64,000 bases of DNA. It comes from an uncultured Planctomycetota bacterium. Its GTDB lineage: Bacteria > Planctomycetota > Planctomycetia > Isosphaerales > Isosphaeraceae. The notes beneath the pieces were generated by a model that saw nothing but the letters and a program-made list of their open reading frames with translations, was not told the DNA's origin and did not search any database. The position numbers and the translations under genes are program-made. Each line of letters begins with the position of its first letter. Position 1 is the stretch's first letter. Shown here in pieces: positions 19,130-32,521 of the stretch. The stretch spans positions 192,001 through 256,000 of the forward strand of contig CAWJTV010000036.1 in the NCBI GenBank assembly GCA_963845755.1, written 5' to 3'.

Positions 19130-22100
19130 GGCGCACCTCCACGGGCTGGATCCGGATCGGCAGCTCGATGTGGGGATAGGTCTCGTGGATGAACGTCAGC
19201 AGCTCGAGGACGCGGGCGCGGTCGGAGATGGCCGCCGTGGCCGAGAGCGGGGCCAGGACCGCGGCCACCGCCTCGGCCGCTTCGGGACCCGCGCGCGCCG
19301 CCCGCTCCAGGAAGGCGAAGGCGCGCTCCTTGGCCACGCGCCCCTTGTTCACGCGGGTGAGCACCGCCATGCAGAAGAACCGGAGCCGGCGCACGTGCGC
19401 CGGATCGTCGGCGGCAAACCGGTCCAGGAAATGGCCGGCGAACGCCTGCATGTCGGTGTCGGGATGTTCGCTCAGCTCCAGCGCGTAGCGCTCGCCGTGC
19501 TCCTCGCGGAACAGGCGGCCGATCATCTCCCGGCCGAACTGCTGCACCTCGGGCTTGACGCTGTCGCAGAGACCGATCAGGGCTTCGGGGGGCCACTCGG
19601 CACCGGCCAGGTGGTCGCGGAATAGCGCGAACGCCCATCGGCGCGAGTCCTCCCACTTGGCGTCGGCCAGACGGTACGCCGTGCGCAAGTCGGACGCCAG
19701 CCGGTCGGGATGCTCGCGGCCGATCTGCCAGACGGCCTCGCGCACCGAGAGGATATCGTGGCTGGCGAGCCGGACGAGATGGTCCAGGTCCAGCGTCTCC
19801 CAATCGACGTTGGTCGGCAGGAGCAGGCCGCCGATCTCCTGGGCGGGCTTCGAGCGCGATTCCAGCAGCCGTAGCACGGTCTCGGCCGGGACGCGGTCGA
19901 GCCAGGCCAGCAGGTCCTCGCGGAGCACGCGGACCGTGTGACTGGGCACGCCCTCTGAGGCGCCCGGCGCGAGCAGCGACTCGGCCAGCCGGCCGGCGAT
20001 CTGACGGCCGAACTCGCGGTCGCCCTCGGCCAGCCGCCGCACGGTCGCGCGGATGTTCTCGCGGAGGTCAGTCAGCGGGTGCCGGGTCAGCCAGAGCAGC
20101 ACTTCGAGGTTTTGCTTCAGCCGCTCGTCGTCGAACTGGTCGAGGATTCGCACGCCGACGCTCCGGACGACGTCATGGGGCGAGGCGAGCAGGGCGCGGA
20201 GGAGGTCGGGGGGCGGCTGCTGGGCGAAACGATCGTGCCCCAGCACGAGGTCGCCGGCCAGCCGCTGGACCATCGAGAGCGGGTGGGCTAGCAGGTCGCG
20301 GATGACCGGTTCGCCGATCCGGCGGAGGACCGGGCGGAAGACCAGGAGCATGGTCTCGGCGATGTCGGCGGCGCGAGGGTTCTCGTCCGGGCCCAGCGTG
20401 AGAAGCCGGGCGACCAGCCGGGCGACTAGCATCTCGGACTCGCCTTCGGGCACGGCCGTCTTGCGGAGCAATCCGCGTGCGAAGGCGCGGGTCTCGGGCT
20501 GCGGGCTGGCGACGAGGCCGGCGACCAGTCCGGCATCCCTCCGGAGGATCCCCCAGTGCGCGTTGGCCCACTCCTCGGCCGTTCGACGCGCGTCGGCCAG
20601 CGGGCTGTCGGCCAGGATCAGGACCAGCTCCGGGTCCGGATTGGCCGGATCGAACCGCTCGATCGCCAGATACAGACCCAGCCATGCGGTCGGCTCATAG
20701 AGGCTTGCCGCCAGCCGCTTGACCGTCGCGAGGTCCAGCCCTCGGCAGAACTCGGCATTGCGCGCAGGGCTCGGGCGGCGAACTCGTGGACCGGGGTGCA
20801 GCGGGATTCGAGCACCAGGCGCAACAGCGCCTCCGGGCGCGGTCCCACAGCTCGGGGAACGCCTCCTCGCGCTGCTCGGGCGGCGGCTGGCCCGGCTGGT
20901 ATTTCGCCTGGCAGACGAAGAAGCCACCCCGGGTCGTGGTGTAACGGGAACTGCTCGCGTAGAGGGTGCAATTGAATACATAATAAGGACCGAACCGGTC
21001 GATCGTGGCATTGCCGGTGCGACCTCCGTTATTCCGGCGCTGACGGCCAGCGAGGACGGGCAAGGCATCGCCATCGCTGTAGTGCCGCAGGACTTGCTCG
21101 GCCATCCGGACGTATTCCGGCCCGCCGAGTTCACCCCGGTCCAGGAGGATCCTCCAGGCATGGCGGCAGAAGTACTTGCGCGTCGGGCTGGTGAAAGCCC
21201 TCGTGACCAACGGATATCTGGTCATCCTCCTTTGGTCGATGAACTGGGAGATCTCGAGCCCCCAAGCGACGGACGGCCGGGTCGTCTCGAACCGGTGGGT
21301 CAGGAGGCCGAGCATCTCGGCGTCATCCCGCAGCTCGGCGACCTTGAACAGGTAGCGGACGATCCGGACGAGATTGGGGCCGAGCGGAGCCGACCGGAGG
21401 AATGCGAGCAGGACGGCGCAGCGATGCGCTCGTCATCGATCCAGTAAAGATCGGCGAGCACGCCGTAACCGTCCTCGACTTTCAGGTCCACCCGCTCGCG
21501 GAGCGTAGCCCGGAATTGTGGTTCTTTCTCCGCCCTGGCGATAAAGCGATTCATGAGCTGTTGGTGGTAAAAGTACGGCTGGACCAGGGAAGGTAGTATC
21601 TCCAGCGCCGCCACGACGGCCCGCTCGGCCGCCTCATCGACCCTGGCGCGGAGCCGGTCGCGGAACTCGCCGGCCTCGCCCTGCTTCACGGCGTCGGCCA
21701 GCGCGGGGGCAGACCATCGAGCACGTGTTTCGCGGTCTCGGCACGCTCCTGGGGGGTCATGAGGAGACGGATCGACTCCAACGCGATCCGGCGGGCCGGG
21801 GCGGGCGACGCGGGATCCATCGCGAACGCGCGGAGCCGGGGAATGCTCTCGGCCGTCCCGCAACGCCCGAGCGCCAGGCCGCGCAGTAGACCAGCATCGC
21901 CTTTTCTTCGGCCTTGTTGGGCTGCTGAGGACGTCCGTAATAACGCCTGCGGTGATAGCTCGCGGTCGGTTCGTCCTGATAGTTCGGGGTCGGTCCGGCC
22001 GATGGAACCGACGTCGAGGCCGAGAAGGTCCATGAAGAGGGGTCGATCTTCTCGGGGATATGCGGAGTCGGTTCGGGCGCTCGATCCGCCCGGAACGTCC

Positions 22101-22636
22101 AGGGCGACCAGGTCGGCATCCGGCCCGACACCGCCGGGGCAGGTGGCTCGGTCTTCGGCGGCTTCTTCTCGCCGCGCAGGTAGGCCCACAGCAACGGCTC
22201 GGCCGCGCGGATGCGCAGCTCGCCCGCCCGCCAGATCACGCGCGACAACTTCCAGTCGGTCGTGAACTTGGCCTCCACGCCGGCGCAACCGGACGAGGAT
22301 CGCCGCCTCGCGCTGGGCGGCCACGTCAACCGGTCCCGCCGGGGCCGGCGTTCCGGCTGGGGCCGCTGCCGCGGGCGGGGCCGGGGCCGGCGCGGCACCC
22401 GGCTCGTGGTAACCCTTGTCGACCTTCTCGGCCACGAGCTCGTCGTAGATCCGCTCGGCCTTGTCCCGGGCGACGGGCACGGCCGTCTTCGACCCGCTCT
22501 GGAGCTTCGCGCCCCGACGGCCGTATCGGAAATTGACGACGAACCGGTCGGGGCCGACCTCGCAAAGGTCGACCTCATAAACCTTGTCCGACTTGCCTTC
22601 ACGGAATTCCAGGGAGATGGTCTTGATGAGTCTCAA
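19119..22636 (-). CDS. WGR-domain plus HEAT/ARM-repeat protein, retron-associated (several frameshifts)
   Basis: TTG start 22636 with GGAGGG RBS; SDKVYEVDL...VVNFRYGRRG...LVAEKVDKGY (WGR-like); long helical-repeat C-terminus; stop overlaps the SWIM gene start. Confidence 0.8.
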
Positions 22637-22824
22637 CGGTCCGGCCCTCCGCGCTGGCACCTCGCGACCCGACCTCGCAGCCGCCCATTCTAACGAACGG
22701 GCTGGCGCCGATCACCCGAGTTGAACCGGCGCCATATTGACGAGGCCCCACCTGTGATTCAAGATGCTGTTCAACGGTCACACCTTTTCCGCGAACACGC
22801 CCCGAGGAACTTCCGAGGTTTCTG

Positions 22825-24431
22825 ATGAAAACCAACGATTCCGTGTCCAGGAACACCGGCGAGACGAGCAACCCTCCTCAGCCGCAGGGCATCTCTCGGC
22901 GCCAGTTGATGCTGACCGGCGGCGCGGCCGCTACCGCATTCACCATCGTGCCCCGACACGTGCTGGGCGGGGCGGGATTCGTCGCGCCCAGCGAGAAGAT
23001 CACGATGGCCTGTGTCGGCTTCGGGACCCAGGCGATCCGGGAAATCGGCGGAATCCTCGCCAGCCCGGACGTGCAGGTCGTCGCCGTCTGCGACGTCGAT
23101 AAGGAAGGGCTCCATTACCTCGAATGGAGCAAGAACGACCTCCGGACCGGCATCCGGCGACTCCTCGGGAACCCGACCTGGAGAGAAGGCGTCAACCACG
23201 TGCCCGGCGGCCTCGACGTCGGCAAGGAGATCGTGGAGACCTACTACGCCAAGCAGCGCGGCAAGGAGCAGTACAAGGGATGTGCCACCTACACGGACTT
23301 CCGCGAGCTGCTGGACAAGGAGAAGGATGTGACCGCCGTCAAGGTGATGACGCCGGATCACACCCACGCGACCATCTCGCTCGCGGCCCTGAAGAGGGGG
23401 ATGAACGTGATCGTGCACAAGCCCCTGGCGAATCGCGTGCTGGAGGCCAGGGCCGTCATCGACACGGCCCGCTCGAAGAAGATCGCCACCCACTTCATGC
23501 CGGCCAGCGAAGGCGCCGCCCAGAAACAGGCCGTGGACATGATCAAGAACGGGGCCATCGGCACGCTCCGGGAGATCCACAACTGGTCGATGCGGCCCAT
23601 GTGGCCCCAGTTCCCGACCCTGCCGGCCGACACGCCCTCGGTCCCCGCGGGTTTCGACTGGACCCTCTGGCTCGGCCCGTCGCCGGATCGGCCGTATCAC
23701 CCCAACTACACTCATACCAATTTCCGCGGCTGGTATGAGTTCGGCGCCGGATCGATCGCCGACATGGGCCATTACAGCCTCTGGCCGATTTTCCAGCTCC
23801 TCGACCTGGATTCCCCGATCAGCGTCGAATCGACACCCAGCCACGTCTGCACGGTTTCGGACAATATCTGCCGGCGGATCAAGAACGACTACTCGTTCCC
23901 GGCCGCCTGCACGATTCGCATGAGATTCGCGGCCAAGGGGGATCGGCCGGCCCTGGACATCGTCTGGTATGACGGTGGCATCAAGCCGCCCGTGCCCGAC
24001 GAACTCATGGCGGATGACCAGGAATTCTCGGAAGAAGGCATGATGTTCGTCGGCGACAAGGGGAAGATCCTGGGGGGGTTCCGCAGCGAATCCCCGCAGT
24101 TGATTCCCGAAGCGAAAATGCGTGCCTATCGGATGGCGAACAACTTGCCCGATCCTGGCCCCACGACGGCGCGGCGGTGGCGGCGGTCGGCAGGGCGGCG
24201 ACCCGTCGCGGCGCAATTCCGCATGGATCGCGGCCTTCAAAGGTGGACCGCCGAGCTATGGCGATTTCCGGCTCGCAGGCCCGATCAGCGACGCAGTGAA
24301 CCTGGCCTCGATCTCGCTGCGGCTCGGCGGCCGCAGACTTCTCTGGGATTCCGCCGGCGGCGAAGATCACGAACATCTCCGACGCGAACCGCTTCCTGAC
24401 GCGCGAGTATCGCCCGGGCTGGGAACTGTAA
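22825..24431 (+). CDS. Gfo/Idh/MocA oxidoreductase with Tat signal (frameshifts near 24170 and 24360)
   Basis: SRRQLM Tat motif, CVGFGTQ, MTPDHTH, VHKPL, DWTLWLGP, GSIADMGHY. Confidence 0.9.
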
Positions 24432-24445
24432 AAGGAGAATTCCTC

Positions 24446-25360
<915 letters not shown>

Positions 25361-25796
25361 TCGCGGCCGGGTCCTGTCAATAGCTCGACGCCTCGGGAGG
25401 GCGTATCCACGGTCCTTGTCCGGTTCCCTGGATTATTTCTATCGACCCAAGGGCGCTGGCTCAAGGCTCCGTCCGCATCATCGGTCGCGAAAGACGACGA
25501 TTCGCGCGGTATCGTCGCTATTCGACCCAACATCAAGCATAAAATAACTCGAACTCCAAGACATATTGGCCATTATTATAGACGTACCGTGAACGAACAC
25601 GCGAGTCCCACTAACGGACGATGGTGTGCCCAACCTGCGGGGAGCCCTGGCGGTTTCCCAACGGTTGGTTCTCAAACCCGGTTTCAGGCGGGGGACTTCC
25701 GATCCTCTACTGCTCCACGAGGATTTGGGATCCCTATACGGACGACCGGAAAGCCGAAGTGCGGCAACGAGTCCCGAACGTGGAGCAATTCTTGAG

Positions 25797-26077
25797 ATGA
25801 TCCTCACCGAACCCGAGATCGCTTACCTCCGTCGATTCTGTTGGGAGGTCTTCCACCAAGAAAACGGCCCAGACACCACGATCGACCATGCACAGGCCAC
25901 TACAACGATCTGGCTGATCTGGCCGCGACCACGGACATCGCTCCAGAAATCGTCCAGGCTGCCTATGCCGCGGACTACCAGGATACACCACCTCCGGTCG
26001 TCCCATTCCCCTGGAAGTCCCTGGAGCATCTGCACCAGAGGGCTCAGGATTTACAATTGAGTCTTTTAGATTCATGA
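25797..26077 (+). CDS. Small hypothetical protein (frameshifted)
   Basis: MILTEPEIAYLRRFCWEVFH... joins ...VVPFPWKSLEHLHQRAQ; GGAG RBS. Confidence 0.4.
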
Positions 26078-26156
26078 TCAAGAGAAGAATCGGGCCCGGG
26101 CGCTCTGGGAGGAGGAAAGAGGGTCGGGAGCCATTGCCTTGGCTCTTTTCCCGCTC

Positions 26157-26400
26157 GATCCTTCACCGCATCTTCTCTGGCAGAATCGGCGCGATCGTCT
26201 ATCATGGATGCTGGAGCTGAGTCGAGGGAGCCGAGGCGAGACGTTCGATCGTGAAGACAATCCGCCGCATTGGAGGCTGGCTGGCCCCGTATCGGGGGTG
26301 GATGATCCGGGCGATGGGGCTGTCACTCTCGGGGACTGGGGTATCTCGCCGTATCATGCTCTGCTGGTCTTCGGCCTCTTAACCGTGCAGGTGGTGCGGA
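26157..26400 (+). pseudogene. Degenerate duplicate of the leader and 5' end of the ABC transporter gene at 32522
   Basis: 26157-26322 aligns to 32428-32593 (166 bp, about 14 mismatches by hand count); after an internal deletion VTLGDWGISPYHALLVFGLLTVQ matches VTQGHWSALPLYAALLFGVFAAQ. Confidence 0.85.
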
Positions 26401-26441
26401 TGAATTGCACCTCTGGGCGCGACGGTTGGGAGGAGCGATGA

Positions 26442-27329
26442 TCAAGAGGGTCGGTAAAGACTCACCAGTTCCCGAAGGACCAAGATCACACGATCTAGAT
26501 CGAACGCTTGATAATCGATCACCCGCAACACCGGCCGAAGCTGGGCTTCCACCTGGTCTCGAAGGATCTGAATTCTCGCATCCGAGAGATCGGCCGATCG
26601 AGTTCCGCGCACTGAGAGCTTTGCCGCCACGAGATCAAGGACCGCACGGTCTCGATGATCGAAGTGGGCCCTTTGGACGGCGTGATCGATATCGAAGAAA
26701 TCCCGGATGGCCGGTTCCGGCCTGGTGAGCGCGGCCCGGACCTTCTCCGCATAGGCTTCCCGGATCGACACCGCCCGGACATTCACGGGAGGAAGCGCCG
26801 GCTGGGCCGAGTAAGGGTCGCGCAGCAAAGTCCGTGCGGGCAGGGTCTCGGTCGGCAAGAGATGTTCTTCCCGGAGCGAGACCTCGACCTTGATGAACTG
26901 CGCTCGCCCGTTACGACCGATTGGTAGGCCAGTTGCCCGTTATACTGCCGCGAGCTATTGTGGCCCACGAGCGGCTCGGCCAGTTCGAACGAAGCCAGAC
27001 GGTCGGTGACTCCGGTGAGATGGTCCCGGAACGGCAAGGCGGCCTGGCGACGCTGGGATGGTGTCAAGTCCGACAGCACCGAGATGGAGAAATCCAGGTC
27101 TTCGCTCAGGCGGAAGAATTCCGCGTGAACCTTGCTCAAGCAGGTGCCCCCTTTGAACACTAGGCCTTGTTCGAACGGTCCCCGGAGGTCTTGGAGGAGC
27201 AGGGAGCAATAGTAATCCTTCTCGATGAGCCGTGCGCTGAAGTCGCTTTCATCCTCGCGTGAACGACAACGCATCGCGAAACCGCGAACGATCGTCGTGA
27301 TACCAGGGACCTTCCGGCTCGCTACCCAT
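26442..27329 (-). CDS. AbiEii/AbiGii-family nucleotidyltransferase toxin (frameshifted)
   Basis: LIEKDYY, LVFKGGTCLSKVH..FFRLSEDLDF, EKVRAALTR...AIRDFFD. Confidence 0.88.
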
Positions 27330-28117
27330 CGTTGACGACCACTCCCCATCGCGGGTTGACTTGCCTCGTTTCTCTCGGTTCGGAATCCATGGGATGAAAC
27401 TTGAGGACGGGCGAACTTCCCGCTCCAGCCGGCGGAGCAACGCCTCCGGAACAGTTTCTCGCTCGAGGAGTTCCCCGATCCGTCGCACGGTCCCCTGGTT
27501 TCCGAATTGAACCGTCACCGGATGAGTTCCGCGGCGAACGCGTCGTCTTTTTTTACCTCTCGACGGATCCAGTCGAACGCTCTGGGAAGACCATCGAACC
27601 GCGACCAATCGTAGACCGCGTTCGACCAGCGCCCGAGCTTTCGATGCGTAGACGACATCGATCCTTTCCGGAACCCGTACGATCTCGATGCCGCCCAACC
27701 GCTCGTCGGCGATCTCGATGAACGTCAGTGAGACAGCCCCGATCTGTCGATCGCCGGAGATCCGGTTGTTGTAGACGTAGAGACGGTTCGGGACCTGGTC
27801 GGTCCAGCCATAGCGGTGGAAGACATTCGGCCCCGAGATCTGATAACGACCGCCGCGATCGCTCATCAAGGTGGAAAGGACCAGGAACTCCCCTGGACTC
27901 CAGCGCCGCCTGGAGGCAGGAGTGGAGGTACGAGGTACAGCCCCGGCCGGACCCGAGCAATCAGCCCCTTCCGCTCCAGCCGGCTCAGGACTTTCCGCTC
28001 TTGCACGGCGTTCCAACCCAGGGCGGACACAAATTCTCCCGCCGTAACCGCTTGGCGTTTCCGCCCTTGGGCGTAGGCGAGGAGCTGCGTTTCCAGGGGT
28101 CCGAGCGACATAGCCAT
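27322..28117 (-). CDS. AbiEi-family type IV antitoxin (frameshifted)
   Basis: wHTH-like LSRLERKGLIARVRPGLYLV, YQISGPNVFHRYGWTDQVP, C-terminal RWGVVVN; overlaps toxin start. Confidence 0.8.
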
Positions 28118-28316
28118 GGTATTCTATTTCTCGTATATCCCTTGAAAGGGGATTTAGGCGAAACATCAGTGCAAAGAGACATATCGTAAACCAATCTACA
28201 ACCTCTTGGCAATAGGGAACTTGTCTTGTGGGAGACAGATTTGTTGTGGCGTACTTACAACGATTGCCCTATCTCTTTGTCGTTGTATAATGAATACAAT
28301 GAAGGGAGTGAATCCG

Positions 28317-31300
28317 ATGTCCACCAACAAGACATTCGGCGCTTTGTTCCGGAACAGCCGGAAGGCCCTTGGCCTGACGCTCAGTGAGTTCTGTCGTCGG
28401 AACGGGTTCGATAAAGGCAACATCAGCCGGCTCGAACGGGGATTGGTGCCGCCACCTCAAAGCCGGCCGGTTCTGGAGACCCATGCCCAAGGCGCTGAAG
28501 TTGGAGCGCGGGACTGTCTCATGGGATCGCTTCTTTGAGTTAGCCGCGGTCGAGACCGGGCGGATTCCCGACGACGTCCTGGAAGACCCGCAGGTTAGCT
28601 CTGAGGTTCTGGCTCTTTTCCGGCGAAACGGGGCGGCGGACAGGGGCATAGGAATTGGGCCAGGGCGCTGGACCTCGAAAGGTGGGCCGACAGACAGGAT
28701 GCACGGTTGACACTCCCTCAACTCATCCGCCGCCTTGTTTGGAAGACTGGCAAGGCTCTCCTCGTACCACCTGAGTTCCCCGCCCACGAACAAGTCCAGC
28801 GCCACGGTTGGGATGGTATTGTCGTGGCGGGGGAGGCGGATCCCTTTGTGCCCGAGGGTACCAGCGCATGGGAGTTAAGCGTAGAGAAGACCCCGCAGAA
28901 GAAGGCGGAGGGCGATTTCAACAAGCGGACGAAAGATCTCCGCGGCCTGATCCCAGAGCAGACGACGATCATCTTCGTCACCCTGCGAAAGTGGCAGAAC
29001 AAGGAAGATTGGCGCCAGGCCAAGCAGGAGCTTGGGATCTGGAAGGAGGTGCTCGTCTACGATTCGGCTACGCTCGAGGTATGGCTGGAGCAAGCAACGG
29101 CCGTCGATGCCTGGCTGGCGGGAATCCTGGGCAAGAAGCCCCCAGGGTTGAGCACTATCGACGATTATTGGGCGAATCTCCAGGCGATGACCGATCCGAG
29201 CTTGAAGCCGGAGGTGTTCCTCGCCTCTCGTGAGGATGCGGTCAAGGAACTGAAGAAATGGCTCAATGGCCCACCGGACGCGATCGAGATCCAAGCGAGG
29301 TCGCGAGTCGAGGCGATCGATTTCGTCATGGCTGCATACAATCAGGACCAATCACAGGCGGACTGGTTCGGCGCGGGCCTTGATCGTGGAGAGCCGAGAT
29401 GCATGGCGAGACGTTTCGGCCGCCGAGGACGCCGGGCTACTCCTCATTGCCCACCCCTTCCTCTCGATCGAGCATGAGTTGGTTGCGGAGGCGGTGCGCC
29501 GCGGGCATCACGTCCTCGTCTCCTCGATCGAGGCGTCCAGAGAGACTGTGTCGAGCATCCAACTTCCACGTGTTTACCGTCACGACCTGGAAAAGGCGCT
29601 GGTTTCGTCGGGACTCCAAGGAATTGATGCGGCCGATAAAGGCGCAAGGCCGGAGGCAGCCTGATCGTGTTGAAGCGACTCCTCGGACGACTTCCGGGTA
29701 CGACTCGGCCCGATTGGAGCCAACCGCCCGAAGTCCGTGCGCTGGTGCCGATGCTGCTGGCCGGAAGCTGGGATGAAAGCTCGGAAGGCGACCGCTTAGT
29801 TATCGAAACGCTCGCGGGACGTCCCTATCGCGAAGTCGTGGAAGTCGCCTCACGCTGGCGGCTGCCCCCGGATGTCGCCGCTTGTACTCGTTGGCCCCCG
29901 CTGGAGTCTCGTCTCGCGTGATGATTCCTGGCATTTGCTCGGTTCCGCAGTGACGCCCGAGGATTTCCGCCGGTTTGAGGAAGTCGTGCTGGACGTGCTC
30001 GCGGAGGACGATCCCACTTACGAACTGATCCCGGCGCAGCGCTGGAGCGCTAGCCTCCAAGGCAAGGGATCTCGATATTCTCCGACCCTCCGCAATGGGC
30101 TTGCCGAGACACTGGCGATCCTCGGATCAAGGCCGACACAACTGACCGGTGGCCCTGGCATAAACGGCCGAGTCGACCAGATCGTACAAACGCTATTGGA
30201 CCGCCAAGAGTGGCTCCGCTGGGTCTCGCTCTCGCAACAGCTACCTCTCTTGGCCGAGGCCAGCCCCGATACGTTCCTGGAGGCCGCCGAGCGGGATCTG
30301 AAGAGAGCAACACCTGCCCTGGTGAAGCTGTTTGAGCAAGAGGGCAACTGGCTCATCGCATTGAACCCCCATTCGGGGCTTCTCAGGGCGCTCGAAGTGT
30401 TGGCCTGGGACCGCGAGCTGCTGCCAAGGGTGAGCATGATCCTTGCTACGCTCGATGAGAAGATCCCGCCTACCGAACTGGGCGAGAGCCCTTCCGGGAG
30501 CCTGCTGCGGATTCTCGCATCGTGGCCTCCGCAGACCACTGCACCGATCGAGGAAAGGATCAGGGTGCTGAAGAGGCTTGCCGAAAGACGGCATGATGCC
30601 GCGTGGCAACTCCTCATCGATCTCCTGCCCAACCAGCAACCAATGCCGACGCCGATCCATTGGCCTTCGTGGCGAGACTGGGCGCTCTCCTGGTCCGGTC
30701 GGATACGTATCACTGATTATGGGCACCAGGTCGTCGCCTGCGGCACGCTTACTTGTCGAGCATCTCGGCGACGACGTCAAAAGGTGGAAGGCACTCATGA
30801 AGCAGTTCGACAATCTTCCCGGCCAGGTGCAAACAGAGTATCTCGAGCGACTGGGCAAGTTGGCCGACAACACCCTCGATGAGGAAATACGGCGCGTGGT
30901 CTCAGATTCAATCCGAGAGAAAGTGTCCGAGCATCGTCGGTTCTCAAACACCGAGTTGGCATTACCCGCGAAGATCCTTTCCGAACTGGAACTGGTTCAG
31001 AGCCGTTTCGAGCCTGAAGACCCGGCACGGAGGAACGCCTGGCTGTTCGGGCCGTTTTGGCAGGTTGTCCAAACACTCGAAGGCCAAGAGGAGCGAGTCA
31101 AGGAGCTTCGCCGTGCCAGCCTTCGGGAGATACTCGATCAGAGCGGCTGGCATGGCGTTCAAAGGCTCATTGAGACGGTGGAAGCTCCCGCGGAGGTCGG
31201 GACAGTATTCGCAGAGGTCGGATCTGCCAAGAGCGAAGCGAGAATCTTGCCCGCACTGCTTGAATCGGCCGTCGAAAAGGCTGTCTGGTTCGCTCAAGGA

Positions 31301-32429
31301 TACATCAGGGGGTGTTTTCAGAGGGATGGCTGGGGCTGGATCAATCGGCTGAGGATGGATCACTGGTCTGCGGAGCAGATTGCACGAGTCCTGGTCGAGT
31401 TGCCGTTTAAGCGACAGATATGGGAGTATGCCGCGGAGAAGGGTGACGAAGTTGCGGACTTGTACTGGAACAAAACACGGGCTCGTCCTTTTACTCAAGG
31501 GGAGGATGGCGGTGAGGCCAGCCACGCCGTCGCGATGCTCCTCAAGCACAAGAGACCTTCGGCGGCGCTCGAACTTCTTCGGACAGCGATTCACCACAAA
31601 GTCGCCCTGGAGACGAGCTTGCTTATGGATGCGATCGAGACTTGGTTGGAGCCATTAGCCGATGCTGGAGAGCCGGACCGAAGACGAAGCGCAAGGCAAG
31701 ACATTCTCCTCGTCTTTCAGGAGCTGCAAAGGAGGGTAGAGCAGGAGGATCCTGGAGTCGATCGCAACCGACTGGCGAAGGTCGAATTGGCCTGCCTCGG
31801 GCTGGTGGAGGGGTATCCGGAATTCCCCTTCACCCTTCACCGATTGCTCGGGGACGAAGCCGAGTTTTTCGTCCAGGTATTGGGACTCGCGTACGAACCG
31901 AAGAACGAGGCAGGGCAAGTCAGCAAAGAGGTCGCGGTGGAAGAAAACCAGCGAGCTCGAAATGCGGACGGGTTGCTCAGATATTGGCATGACGTTCCTG
32001 GCAGCCGCGACGGACAGACTGTTGATGAGAAATCGCTACTTGATTGGGTTCAAAAGGCTCGCTCACTTGCCAAAGTGCGGGGCCTGCTCGAAATCTGTGA
32101 TTCGCGGATCGGCGAGGTGCTCGCTTATGCTCCGGCGGAAGCCGACGGTTCCTGGCCCTGCATCCCCGTGAGAGACGTACTGGAGGAGATCGGCGCGGAA
32201 TCGGAAGAGATTCTCAAAGGCTTCCATGACGGAATCTACGTCAAGAGAGAAGTTTACGAGGAGGTACTGAGGGAAGGAGAAGCCCAGGAGCGCGAGCTTG
32301 CGACAAAATATCGAGATTTCGCTGAGGCCAGTACCGATTGGCCAATCACAGCCAAGGCACTCCGCGATCGCGAAGGAATACGAGGAGGAGGCTCGTCGCG
32401 AGGACGAGCGGGCTGACCTCGACGAATGA
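28317..32429 (+). CDS. Large (about 1370 aa) XRE-HTH / nuclease-like / helical-repeat protein (multiple frameshifts)
   Basis: N-terminal XRE HTH (FGALFRNSRKALGLTLSEFC...GNISRLERG) joins LERWADRQDARLTLPQLIRRLV...GWDG...WELS...KAEGDF with no separate start codon; ends EYEEEARREDERADLDE* at 32427-32429. Confidence 0.7.
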
Positions 32430-32521
32430 TCCTTCGCCCCATCTTCTCTGGCGGAATCGACTCAATCGTCTAACATGGATACAGGAGCGAAGTCGAGGGA
32501 GCCGAGGCGAGACGATCGATC

